From Bigelowiella natans CCMP2755 (lineage: Eukaryota; Protista; Cercozoa): a DNA stretch of 64,000 nt. The DNA lies in assembly GCA_000320545.1 (NCBI GenBank), contig ADNK01000559.1, positions 43,723 through 107,722 of the forward strand, written 5' to 3'. Both the position numbers and the translations under genes were made by a program. Shown here in pieces: positions 38,010-50,692 of this stretch (position 1 is the first letter of the stretch; each line of letters starts with the position of its first letter). The notes beneath the pieces were generated by a model. That model worked only from the letters and a program-made list of their open reading frames with translations. It made no database searches and was not told the DNA's origin.

Positions 38010-40105
38010 ATGGATGGAGAAAACGCACAAGATCTGGCCAATCAGGCCATTGGCGCACTTGGTGTTGTCGGATCAGAAGGGGAAGGTTCCCATAAGGAAC
38101 AGTCGAAGTCAAACGTCCCTAATTTCATGGACGATGTAGATGCTGCACCTGCTCCGGAACCAGCGGGTTCGGAACAACCAGATTTCACAGATTTTTTCAC
38201 TGGTACAGCATCTACAAAAGAGGTACACAAAGTCCGAAGCATCAAAGAACCTGTTGAGGAGGAATCAGATGAAAAGAAATCTGGAAGTGCTACCCTCCCA
38301 CCTCCTGTAGTACTTGATGACGATGATGATTCCGACGACGACAATGGTTGGTTCAAAACACCTGTGCTTGCTCCGAAGGAAGAAAGGGGAAAGGGAAATG
38401 CAGTCATTACTTCAACAAATAGAGGAGGTGGAAAGGTGAAGGAAGACTTTCATCGAAAGCAGAAATTGATCAAGGCAATGGTTGCACATTCCCCGGCTTT
38501 CCTGAAAGGTAGATGATGCGTGGTAGATCAAATCGATTCAGAGCTAAGACTAATCACCAATTTAGATTTTAAGCCATACCTTGAGAAAGCAACTCCTATA
38601 CTTGCTGCTATTGCCTCCTTTCTCGACATAGTAAGAGTATTTTGAAGTTGGACACATGGATAAATCGATGGTGAAATTGTTATTAGGCAGTACCAGTAAT
38701 TGTGCAGTATGTAACATTGTTGGTGACCAAATTTAATGAGCTTCACGAGGAAATATCGTATGGAATCCTTGGATTGTTTTTCTGCTTCTTTGGAGGAGTA
38801 TACCCAGTGTTGATACTTGCGGGTTTTATCTTCTAACTAGCGTTCGGATGAAACAACATAAATTTCTCTTCCAAATCTTGACTCAAAATTTTGCTCAGTC
38901 GAAACGTTCACGATGTGTGGTTTTGAAGGTGAACAAATTCAAGAAAATTAAAAATAGGCACTTAATTCTAATATTTTAATTCAAATTAGATGCAAAGAAA
39001 GCGATAGTACAATTATATCATCAATTCAGTTCGCTCCACGGGAAAATTATGGCTGATGACCACAGGGCAATACACTTTTCTCAGCTGCAATAAACTTGAA
39101 TCGCTTAATATCTTTCACCCGTACGACACATTTTAGGATGAGGATGGTGATGGGGTCAAGGATGTAGACGAAATATCTAGCTCAGAGAATTTCATGAGAA
39201 AACTTGATATCTTTGTTCTGACCGTAAAACCGGAAAAGGTATTGATAGAAAATTGTTTAATTTACGTTTATCTTTGATGTTGCAATATGATTGCAGTTGA
39301 TGAGTTCTCTTGGTACAATTTACTCCGGTAATTCAATCTCATTTAAATACATCGACTAGCACTGAAAATGTTATTCTTTTATCAGCCTGGCTTGCAATTC
39401 TTGCTGTTTTGCAAATTCAATTTGCAAAGACTGTTGCCCTCGGAACTTCGATTGGTGATGTCATTGAAAAGACTGTTGGACGGGTTGTGATTCCAATGGC
39501 GTATGAACTCCTGGAAGAGAAGGTCTATCGATTTTGCAGAGGAATACCAGAGTCATAATCATACATCATTTCCCAATCAGTATCACGATTGGATTCCAGT
39601 TCTATCAAAATACATTTCTAGGGTATGAAACTCTGATTAAAATGTTAATTGTAAATAGGGTCCGAATATTACATGTAATTCAAAAGAATAAAATTGTTTT
39701 GCGAACTCACATTACTTCAAATAGCACTCCATCATCAAAAAAATTCATAGATTTCATGCACGTAGGCTGTTGGAGTAAGCATAGCATGGTCAGTGCAATC
39801 AATCATTAGTGCATTTCATAGTGCAATTCGAGGTGGATTTCTCGCCGCTCGCATGTGGATGAAATATTCTACGGAAGGAAAGTTTGACGCTTCAGAATCC
39901 TACCTAGATGAAGCATTGGGGTGACATTAAATTCAAAGAGTAAATTTGTAATTGGTATTGATGAATTTGGCACATCAGATTTGGGCTCGCTGCTGTGGGC
40001 TTCATGTGGCAGTTTTACACAGGATTTACGATCCTGTTTCCATTCAATCTTTTGTTTATTCCTGTCGACGTTTTGGAGTGGACGATACGAATGACAAGTA
40101 AATAA
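38010..40105 (+). CDS. Uncharacterised multi-pass membrane protein with acidic disordered N-terminus and a DxDxDG motif; ~9-10 exons
   Basis: Spliced segments GILGLFFCFFGGVYPVLILA, DEDGDGVKDVDEI, WLAILAVLQIQFAKTVALGTSIG, SIISAFHSAIRGG and GFTILFPFNLLFIPVDVLEW...RMTSK*. It resembles a protist family I recognise only as hypothetical. Confidence 0.75.
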
Positions 40106-40199
40106 GCTAAATGTCACCAAAGCAAACATTTTCCCCAAAAAATGTGATTAACCAATTCCCCTCCTAAATATTTGGTATCATATTTTCATCAGTGGCCGA

Positions 40200-41130
40200 T
40201 TCAGCTGTTGCAGCATCTTAACTGTCTCTCGAAGTGGTTGAAGAGCTCTGAGTTAGTAGGTGGTGTGATCGATGGACGCTCACCTCATCTAGCCATGCAT
40301 GATAGTGATCGATGATTTGCGACATCTATGCATGCATGGACCGAGAAAACAACATTAATATCTAATATTTCTAGGCTTCGATCGCATCCTCTAGTCATGG
40401 CCACACATACCACCTAGCCACGCAGCATCAAAATCACCACCATGTCGATTGAGCAATTTGTTTTGCTCATGTTGCATTGCATGCATTCATTCACTGCACT
40501 ACTGACTACTAGACTTGTGCATGGCACGAAACAGCCACCATTCCAGCATTCTTGCGCAACTGTTCGAATCTGGGTGTTTGACACATTCGTTGCATAGCTA
40601 GATAGCTAGATAGCTAACCGATTCTAGGATTGTCGCTTGCCAAGTCTAGAAGTGTCTCACTCCTTGATTCGTGCACTCCATCGACACTCTAGCACTGCTA
40701 GACTGTCTGTCTACCACTAGCTAGCTAGTACTAGAGTAGTCTAGCTAGCTAGTAGTCTTGACTGTGCCGTCATGTGATCCTCTAGTTCTGGAGTCATGTC
40801 ATGTGCGCTAGCTAGTCAGCTAGTCTAGCAGTGCGAGTCAATCTAGCAATGCTTTTTCAAAGTGAGACTAGTGAGACATTGGGACACATTCTGGTGTTGA
40901 TGTCACACCGCATCCATGCTAGCATGTCGACAGTGCTTTCCCGCCTTCTCACACGCAAGATGTGTGATGAGCACTAGAACAAGACAGATCATTGATGGTG
41001 CAATGATGTCTTGATCTAGCGATCTAGTGACACCTGGCATGCACTAGTGCATGTTGGGACATGTCATGTCTAGATGTGTCACATGTTTTCCGCAATGCAA
41101 TGACAATTTTTCGTCTCAATGAAACCTAGA
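40200..41130. other. CTAG-retaining, TpA-depleted convergent intergenic zone 4 (membrane protein -> <- PLOD-type GT)
   Basis: Manual count in 40741-41130: 18 TA dinucleotides, 17 of them in CTAG. Confidence 0.85.
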
Positions 41131-41328
41131 AACATGATTCAACTCGTCGCCGAATGACCATGAGTCGCCCTAGACATGCGCATTTACGTTCGATGAGCAT
41201 TCTTCTAAGAATACTGATCATCATGAAATTATCATAGTTATGAATGGAAATGTAACAACTGCTAACTTCTAAGCGATCTTGCATTTGTCTTTTCTGGCTG
41301 AACGTGACGTTGGAATTTGAAAGAGAAA

Positions 41329-42591
41329 CTACGACGACTTCAAACTTTCCGTGTACTTGACACACTCTTTTTTCGTGCCCCAACTGTTGCAATGGGCAAA
41401 ACAAACGTACTGATGCAACCAATTGTCGTACAAATTTCCATTCTCTGTTAATGTCAATCGAGACTTAACATCAAAGAGTGCTAGAGGATGAAATATTTTT
41501 GCTGCATAGTCCAGTGTCACTACGTCTTGATGATGGATGAAATATTCCCAGTATTTGTGCTGAAAATGCGAAGAAGAAATATTCAAAAGAAATAATGATT
41601 TTGGGGCCATTTTCTCAAATTGTAGATGTCAGAGGTAATATACCTGGTCTCCGTTTCCGCCTGCAGAGACAGAGCTGCTCACCTCTATCATGGTCGATTG
41701 GTGGGGTTTATGCTGTGGGAAGAATTGCATCTTTGCATCCATCACCGCATCCACGAGCTTGTGAACCGGGCCAATAAAGCCCCCAGAATTCAAATAAATA
41801 GCTCCTCCCTGATTGTAAGATTTTCTCGCTGAATCAGTCATGTACTTCTTTGCGCCGTTGATATTTCTCGCCTGTAAAATTAACTTTAAAGAGAGTTGAC
41901 AATTTGCAAACTCAAATGTTACTGACATAGGGACTGAGTTTCTTTGCCCATGCTGGTGCTGATGGAACGTCTCCTCCATATTCGTATTGATTTACCTCAG
42001 CAGCGAAGAATACATCGTAGCCAGAAGCTTTCCTTAGCTCTTGGTATCGTTTATAGATCTTGACAGAGAATCAAAGTATTAGCAATGAGCTGGAAGAGAA
42101 AATTGCATGATACCTCATTCACATTGCATGCAATAGGATTCAATATCGCATCACTATCGGTGAATGCTACGATTTGGTTCGGCCGAGTTTTATTCAAGGA
42201 ATGGAGGTAATCATAAAGGAGTACAACCTAATGAAACCATTAGTGTGAAAATTCGAATGTAGTCTTTTCCGTGTAACAATTTAGTAAAATAACTTTCGTT
42301 TGGAATCCATCCCATTTTTTATGCAGTCCAATCTGTACAAATTCTGGAGATTTTTTCCAGAAACGTCCGATTAAAGTTTCCTTGATGTCACGGGTCTCGA
42401 CTGTTGCAATGATTACTTTCGGGGGTTCACCCTGGACAAAAGAAAAAGGATTTGTGCTGTACCAAAGTATTCATTCCATTAACAAGTCTTACCGCATTTA
42501 GAATCCTGTGATTATTAGTTGAAATGGTGTCCCATGATGCCTCGACGCCATTGAGTAGCAGGACACAGAAGAGTCCAATAGCGCCCACCAT
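41329..42591 (-). CDS. Secreted/luminal PLOD-type (procollagen lysyl-hydroxylase N-terminal) glycosyltransferase-domain protein; multi-exon
   Basis: Signal peptide MVGAIGLFCVLLLNGVEA; motifs IVAFTDSD, VFFAAE, YLNSGGFIG, TLDYAAKIF and FAHCN in the PLOD-GT order. Confidence 0.75.
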
Positions 42592-43369
42592 CGAAAGAAC
42601 CACCGCGTGGGTTTGAAGCACAAAGCACACCAGAAGAACACCGAAGGCTGTTTGCAATGTCAGGAAAAAATCATTGCAAGCAGCACAAACAAAAAATTAA
42701 ATGCAGCCGACAAGGCGAAATGCCGAAAGTATGATTTCAGGGAAAATTAGAAATGTTTCGGTGAAAAATGTTTTTAGTTCCTAGATCTAGATCTAATTGT
42801 GGCAAAAAAGTTCCGACTCGAATTTCGTAGACATTCCCATTTCTATTAATTTCGACCATCAATTGATGTCGTAAAGGCAAATGATCCACATTTCCACATC
42901 ATAGAAGCGTAGTGGATTTACGTCATGTCACAGATTTGACAGTCCAACTCAAGGATGCGACAAATCTCAACAACATGTAAGCGAAAAATAATATTGAAAG
43001 GTGATGTTACATCGCATCTTCAAACCCTAGTTAAACGAGTTCTTACAAGTCGGATCAGAAAAAAACCCTGCATTGTCACAGATTTCAGTTCCTGCGTCCT
43101 TGGCTTCCGGTACAAATCCTAAGTAATTCCCTAGATTTGTCTCTTACGACAATAAATTTCTTAAGCATTATGGAAAAAGTGGACGGCATTTTGCAATTAA
43201 AGTACCGTAAGCAAGCATGAAGTAGGTCATCATTGTCAGCTTTTCATCACAGCACACCAGACGTTCGATGATTTGGATAATTCCAGATGAAATCGAGGCC
43301 ATTTCGTATAGTTTTTTACGCAATAACTTCAAATGAGTCTTCGTAAAAAATTACTTCACTCGAGTAACA

Positions 43370-46300
43370 ATGGCGGCACTCGAACAGTCTAGACCGTCTC
43401 AATCTGGCCTAGCCGCTGACATCGCTACTGATGTTTCAACGCATAGAATGCTGCCTAGGGTGGGAGCATGATTAATTTTCATTGTTATCCAAGTGAACAA
43501 AAATTATTCATACAATTACTTATATTTTCTTGGTAGAGGTCGGAGGTGGAACTGACAATCCATCATGACAAACACAAAAATCGCCATGATGATAACAAAG
43601 ACCACGTTCACGTTCATGAGATGACTGCTGAACAGAAGGATAATCTTATGTAAGTGGAAGCAAATCCATAGCAGCCTTCTGTCTAAAGCTGCGCGTGCCT
43701 CTTAATTGCAGCCGAAAGCTATTAGATCCTCACGATGAAATTGATTTCCAAGTTCTAAAAGATCTGGAAGATGTGCAGTTGGTATAAAATGTGATCGCAA
43801 ATTCTATTTACATGAAAAATGGGATTATCATTCGAGGATTTTAAAGTAAAGTGATGCACCATAGTGACATGTTAATGTGCAGGCTCAGCTCATCGATGCT
43901 TTTGAGGTAAAAGACATCCCTACAATAATTCAGAAGTTCAGGTATCTATACTTCCCAATCAAAAACATTCACCATTACAAGATGTGAAGTTACCTTTTTT
44001 TTGTTACATCAGGAAGGTGACAATGAGCAGAGTAAGCAAGCTTAAGAAAGATCTCACCTTCCGTAACATCAGTTACCGTAAAGGGGAGGTAACTTATCTC
44101 TCTGGTGTTTCCGGATACGTTAAGGTAATGTATTAAAAGCTCAGCCGGCTTACTTTCGAATATGGTCTCATCCTATTTTCTATTTACATACCTATCAATT
44201 ATGTAAGGCTACCAGGATGACTTGCGTCCTTGGTGCTCCAGATGCCGGAGTTACGACCCTGTTAAAAACACTTGCAGGAAGGGCCTCTCGCGAAGCAGTT
44301 GTATCTGGAGAGATTCTTCTTGGTGGACAACACTTAGATGAGGCATATGGGCAGCACGTGGGTTTCATTCCCAAGGACGATCTTCACTATCCCACCTTGA
44401 CAGTTCGAGAAACTTTGCGCATGTCTGTTCGAATGAGATATGGATTCGTTGAAGATATTTACAAGAAATTTTTGGTGGAAGTTATCATAAAATTTTTAGG
44501 TATTGGCGGCAACATTGCCAACACCATTATCGGAGATGACACACATCGTGGTATTTCGGGCGGGCAAAAACGGCGTGTTAGTATTGCAACCGAGATCGTT
44601 GCAGGGCATAATATTGTACTTGCCGACCTTCTGACAAATGGGCTCGATAGTAAAACTGCTTATGATTTGACCTACCAGATGCAGACGGTAGTGAAGAACT
44701 CTCCTGAAGGAAAAGCATTTATGATCTCTTTAGTCCAGCCTGCTCCTGAGCTTCTCGACCTCTTTGATGATCTACTAGTAATGAGCAAAGGTCGCTGTGT
44801 CTATTTTGGGCCTCTCAAGGGTCAAGATGGCAGGTTTTAAAATCATAAATAGTTATAATGATAATGAATTTTAACTGAAATCTAATGATGGGGATGTATA
44901 GAATCAATCGTCGTCTTCACATAAAATATTAGACCTTTTTATTTTATTCTCATCTCCACATGCAGATACTTGGTGCTCGATTTTCTGGGTGAGTTAGGGT
45001 TTGTGAGACCCATTGGAAAAAGCCTCCCCGATTATCTTGCCGAAATAAGTTCCAATCCAGTCAAGTTTCATAAGTCAAGGGTACCGAAATATATGGTAGA
45101 TAATGGTACCTACCAATTGCTGGGGGTAAAAGAGGAGGAGAAAGGGGATAAGAAAAACGCCAAAACGAATGGTACGGACGATTCTAAGTTCATTCTCATC
45201 CAGAAACATGCAAAAACAATCAGACAACTACAAGACGCTCTAGAGAAAACTTCTTACTCTCACTCGCTGATGCCTATTGCTGAGGAAGGAGAGGAGGAAG
45301 GAGAAGTCCATCTAAAAATCGGAGAAGCGAAAGACCGACCAAACGTTTCTCTTCAGCTTCGAGGAATGGCTCTACCTAATGCATGCACACCTATTACTAC
45401 CGAGTCAGGTCGAGCAGTAGAGACCGAATCTTCTCGACAACTACATAGATACGAGGTCAAAGATAATGAGAGAGAGGTGGGCTACCTCTATCTCATCAAG
45501 TCGTATAAGGAATCAGCTCCTTATCGGAAGCTGGGCGAGGAACTTTGGTTAGAATTTGAGGAGAGAATGCCATGGGAGATTACATCGACCATTCCAAGGT
45601 GGATGCTATGTGTGAAAAGGATAAAAAATTGTTATTAGCGACTTGTATTCGAGATAGCAATTCTTCGCCTACTGTAAGCTGTATTTATAAATCTCAGGTT
45701 TACAACCTCTTGGTTTTATCAGACCTTTGAATGTCTGAAGCGTGAATGGATTGTGCAGATGCGGGATAGGGCGACAATCCTTTCTGAAATGTTTCAGAGC
45801 GCCCTTGTCGCAATTATCCTCGGAACGGTTTTTCTCAATCTTGATACCTCGCAAGGTGATGCACAAGCACGTGTTGGTCTTCTTTTTATTATCCTGTTAC
45901 AACAAATATTTGGACCTCAAAAAGACGTACCGAAGATTATGGCAAAGAAAAGAGTATATTATTCTCAGGAAGCTGCTGGCTATTATCATGGCTCAGCATT
46001 TTTCGTTGCGCAAACACTGATACAGATTCCGTTCGCTATCATCAATATTTTCATTTTTGTCATTATCATTTACCCGCTCACTGACCTTAACGGTGGCACT
46101 GGTTCAGAGGAGTTTTGGTAATATCCATTGTTCTGTATGATATTCATAAAGAAGCAAATTCACTTTTTGGAATACAACAAAATAATGAATGTATTTTTCT
46201 GATATCTTATCTTTCTAATTTTTAGGTATATGTTTGGACTTATTCTGATGTCTGTGTTGACGGCTCAGGCTTACATACTTTTCATTTGTAGTATAACACC

Positions 46301-49300
46301 AAACGCTGTAGCTGCTCAGGCTGCAGTACCAGTTGGTTTAGTATTATTCATGATAACATGCGGGTATCTCATATCGACTGACGATATACCTGTATACTGG
46401 AGATGGCTCAACACCATATCTTTTATAACGTATGGTTTCAGAGGCCTGATGCTTAATGAGTTCAATGGTCTGGCTTTGACTTGTTATGATGATGAACTTG
46501 TGCCTCCCACCAGCGAATCTGATTTTAATATTGCACCTCCAAACGGCTTCGGGGGGCAACAAACATGTCCTTTTACATCCGGTAGGGCATACCTCGCCAC
46601 TTTTGACATGGACCATTTTGATCCAGATGAGGAGAAAAATCAGGTGGGAAGTAAGGATTATTATAGAACAGCAATAGGACAACTTTCATATCCACATCGT
46701 CAATTATGATTTCTAACACTTAATCATCTTCTAGGTTTTATTCTACATGATCGCATTTATAACTGTATTCAATGCATTGGCATTTTGGGGACTTGTACTA
46801 AGACCCCACGAGCTTGGCGATCAGGAAGAGCCTCCTAGATTCGAACCAGAGTCAAAAACAAAACGAAAAATTAGAACCGAAGATATGAAAAAGGATGACA
46901 TGAAAAAAGATGTGGGAATAAACCCAGGAGGAGGTGCAGGTAAAGTCGAACTATGAAAATGAGGATTGAGAGTCACTAAAATGTATGAGATGGACAGTGA
47001 GATCATTATAAGTGAATTCTGGAGATTAGAAGCAAATTTTAAAATTCTAACAATTGTTTAGAGCCTTCATTAATTTTATTTGTTTTTTGGTAAATGACCG
47101 TGGAGGATACTCAGTTGATAATGAGCATCTTACTTTAATCAAGAGCAAGATTGTTAGTTATATCGAGTGGAAAAATCTAACTTATAAAGTGGTCAACCAA
47201 AAGGATAAGTCGCAGCAAATTACTCTTCTCAATGATGTCGCTGGGTACATAGTAGTACATTAGTGATGACATCATTTTTCAAATACATCCAGTTTTTAAT
47301 GTGTCGATTACTTGTGATCCCACTATTATAGGTATGCAAAACCAGGCGATATGGTCGCATTGATGGGTCCTTCTGGAGCTGGGAAATCGACACTTTTAGA
47401 TGTTATTGCAGGAAAAAAATCTACAGGAGAGATTAGCGGTGACATCCTGGTGATGAAAACTTATTCTATAATTGATTTCATTACTAAAGGTTCTTGTGTA
47501 CCAATAGGTCAATGGAAAGCCGGTGGACGAGTTTTTCCCACGTATTGCAGGATACGTGGAGCAGTTCGATTCGCATGTGGAACTTGCTACGGTCGAAGAA
47601 TCTGTATACTTTTCAGCAAGGTCCCCACTAAATAGTATTATCTCATAGATCTCAGCATATTCTTATCAATAGATTACGTCTCGAGACCAACGACGAAGAG
47701 GAAATTAAACGCGAAGTGGATAACACGATGGACGCAGTTGGCATCACACACGTCAAAGATATGATAATCGGTAACCTGGACACGGGTGGTATATCTCCAG
47801 AGCTGCGTAAAAAGACTGCTATAGCTGTAGAGCTCGTGGCACGTCCGACGATTTTATTTCTAGACGAACCTACAACTGGTCTCGACTCGGTCTCTGCGAT
47901 GGCTGTTATCGATACGGTATCAGAGCTTGCCGACAGGGGATTAGCCGTAATATGCACGATTCATCAGCCGTCGGCGGAACTTTTCAGTAGGTTCAAGCGT
48001 ATTCTTATTTTGCAACCATTTAGAACAGGCAAAACTCGTGGTGGCCGGGTTGCATACTTTGGTGATGTGAAGAATGTTAGAGACTACTGCCATGATATGA
48101 AGCTGGGAGAGCTTAAATCTGGACGTAATATCGCTGATTTTGCTCTAGAAGCACTTGGAGGGCCACGGGAGACAAAGGACGTCGATGAAAAATCAAAATT
48201 ACTTCAGCCTGCAGACGTATTCCTTGAAACAAAAATGTGGCAAAAAACTAAGGCGCTGTTGGATGAAGGAGTGTTTAATTCAGAAGAACGTTTGGTTGAG
48301 GATGGGCTTAAGGTACCTACATTTACCTCAGTGTTTGCAAAAGGACCCATGGAGCAGTTTGGCACCGTAATGAGTCGCACATTTGCTACAACTGTGCGTG
48401 ATACGGATACTATCAGCAGTCAGTTTGGATCCATTATTATTATGGGCTTTGTATTTGGCACTCTCTTCCACCAACTTGACACGGATCAAAGCGGCGCCGA
48501 AAATCGTGTTTCTATTTTTTTTCTGTCGCTCATGTTTATCAGTTTTACAAGTTCTTACAAGGTACAGCTTCTTGTGAAGGCACGAGCATCTTTCTTTCGG
48601 GAGACAACGTCCAATATGTATCGCGGGTAACTCACGCACTAGATTATTATGGATTCGTCTAATCTACACATTATTCATCAAATATTTTCAGGTGGGTTTT
48701 TTACGTTACACAATTACTTGCGGACGCTGCAGTTTTTATTCCCCGTGCCACGATCTTCACCATTATGATGTACTTCCTCACTGGTTTAAATCTAGAAGAT
48801 GGAGGAGCGCGATTTTGGTTGTTTTGGATCGGTATTATCCTTCTATTCTTCCTCGGGCTTACTCTGGCAGAGGCTTGCGCATTCGGTACGCCAAACGAGC
48901 AAATCGGTATTGGAGTGTTCACCCTGTCATTGACGATCCAGTCCCTCTTCGCCGGTTTCCTGGTCAGAGAGTCTAATATCCCAGACTATTGGGTGTGGCT
49001 ATACTACATCAATGCAATCCGTTATCCTCTATACTACTTCTCTGTTAACGAACTCGACGGTTTAGATATATCTTGTCCTGGGAATGAGGTATGGAGCAAT
49101 TGCTTACTTATTAGAACATTATTGTTCCATCTTCAATTCAGCACGCTTATTCAGCCCAGCTATACGACTGTCAATCTCGTTGTGTTGTAGTGTTACTTTC
49201 ACATACTTGATTGTCTTTGTAACCCCTCTCTAGCTCTGTTGTACTTAAGATCCTGCCACTCAAAGATTAAATATGTGAACTGTTACGGTTTTTGGGTATC

Positions 49301-49822
49301 TTCCAGGGAGCAGTTCCTGTCTTTGTTGGCACTGATTTATCGGTTTGCGAGGGTCAGGTAACTGATTTGTTATACTAAGGCAGTAGATTCTCATCATTTC
49401 AACAGCATTCTGTAACAAATGGGTAGAGGTTAATCACTAGTTGACTTCTCAATTTTAGTTGAACCGACCCACAATGTCGTTCTTATCGATATTATTTCTT
49501 CCTCAACTTATCATTCTGCTGAATATCAGTTTGGCGATCCGAACTGTTTCCGGTTTTATTGCCCAATTCAAAGCGGAAATGACGTTTTAGACCAGTAAGA
49601 ACAACTAAAAAAAATATTCCACAATAATATATACCCTATAAAATGTATTGATAAGCAAAAAGCTACTTATACAGTGATCGGTTATTTCTTCTTACTACCT
49701 CTTTCAGATTTGACATGACCGAGAGCGTGGGGTTCTATCTTATAATTACAATAGTGTTCATCGGAGGCTTGAGATGCTTGAATGTTGTGCTCTTCTCTTT
49801 CATCAACTGGGTCGAAAAATAA
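43370..49822 (+). CDS. Full-size ABCG/PDR-type ABC transporter (NBD-TMD-NBD-TMD); many exons
   Basis: NBD1: [42 protein letters not shown]2: [42 protein letters not shown]. Two ABC2 membrane domains (IPVYWRWL; IPDYWVWLY). Confidence 0.93.
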
Positions 49823-49929
49823 TGTAGTTGATACATCTCGTTGCCATTAAGAATAAGAAATATTCTATCCATCGCGTCTGTTTGTTTTTGTTAAAATTTA
49901 GTTGTGAAAAAAAATTGTTTGCGCTGATT

Positions 49930-50680
49930 TGAACCCTAGCTAGCTAGCTAGATCTAGTCGATACGTCCAGACGTCTGGTGCTAGATCTTTGCGATACATG
50001 CTACCTCTAGACCTTGCCTGCGATCTATTCTAGTACTATAGCAGCTTGCATCGCGCGGTGTTGACCATGTGATGATGAGGTGTTTTTAGTTTTGCATTTT
50101 GACAAGTGCAAATGGGCCAGCTACATGAGTTCTAGTAGAGATGGATGATGAGGCGTTTGCAAGCATGCTAGCATGTCAGCATGGAGCGTTTGCATGCACA
50201 CTGCTGTTGGACTGTGTCTATGATCTCTGTGCCTAGCTAGCTAGCTAGAGGTTTAGAGATGTGCACAATCTATCTAGACACATCTATGATGTGTCTGTAA
50301 GATGGCCTTCGATCAACATTTGCTAGCTAGCTAGCTTGCAACAATGCAGCGCATCGGAGCATGCGATGCTATGCTTGGGCTCATTGTCAGTTGTCAATAC
50401 GGTGTGAAATCTGGGCAATCTAGCAATCTAGCAACAGTGCTTTCTTTCAGTGACTAAATAAATGAATGTATTTCTTCATGTGAATTGCTGCGTTCATCAC
50501 ATTGCGCACATGCGTACGATGCAGTGGCCTACATCAATGCACTCGCGATTCTTTCATACTACTACTCGCCATCTTCACTCCCATTGTCTCGTCGACGAGC
50601 GACACTAGTGTTCTAGTGAAATTGGTCTAGTTGGTGTTGATGCTGCCTTTTCAAGCTTTCACTCTATCACGTCGTGCTGC
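49930..50680. other. CTAG-retaining convergent intergenic zone 5 (ABCG -> <- villin)
   Basis: Manual count in 50041-50440: 22 TA, of which 12 CTAG, 8 CTAH/DTAG and 2 other. Confidence 0.8.
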
Positions 50681-50692
50681 ACTGCTCGAGAT

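Noticed and set aside
6730-50680. Convergent zones as simple CpG-deamination or fungal RIP relics
   Set aside because: CpG persists in the zones (tcga, cgcg, acgt), and RIP would create TpA rather than remove it. CpG decay may contribute but does not explain the CTAG-only survival.
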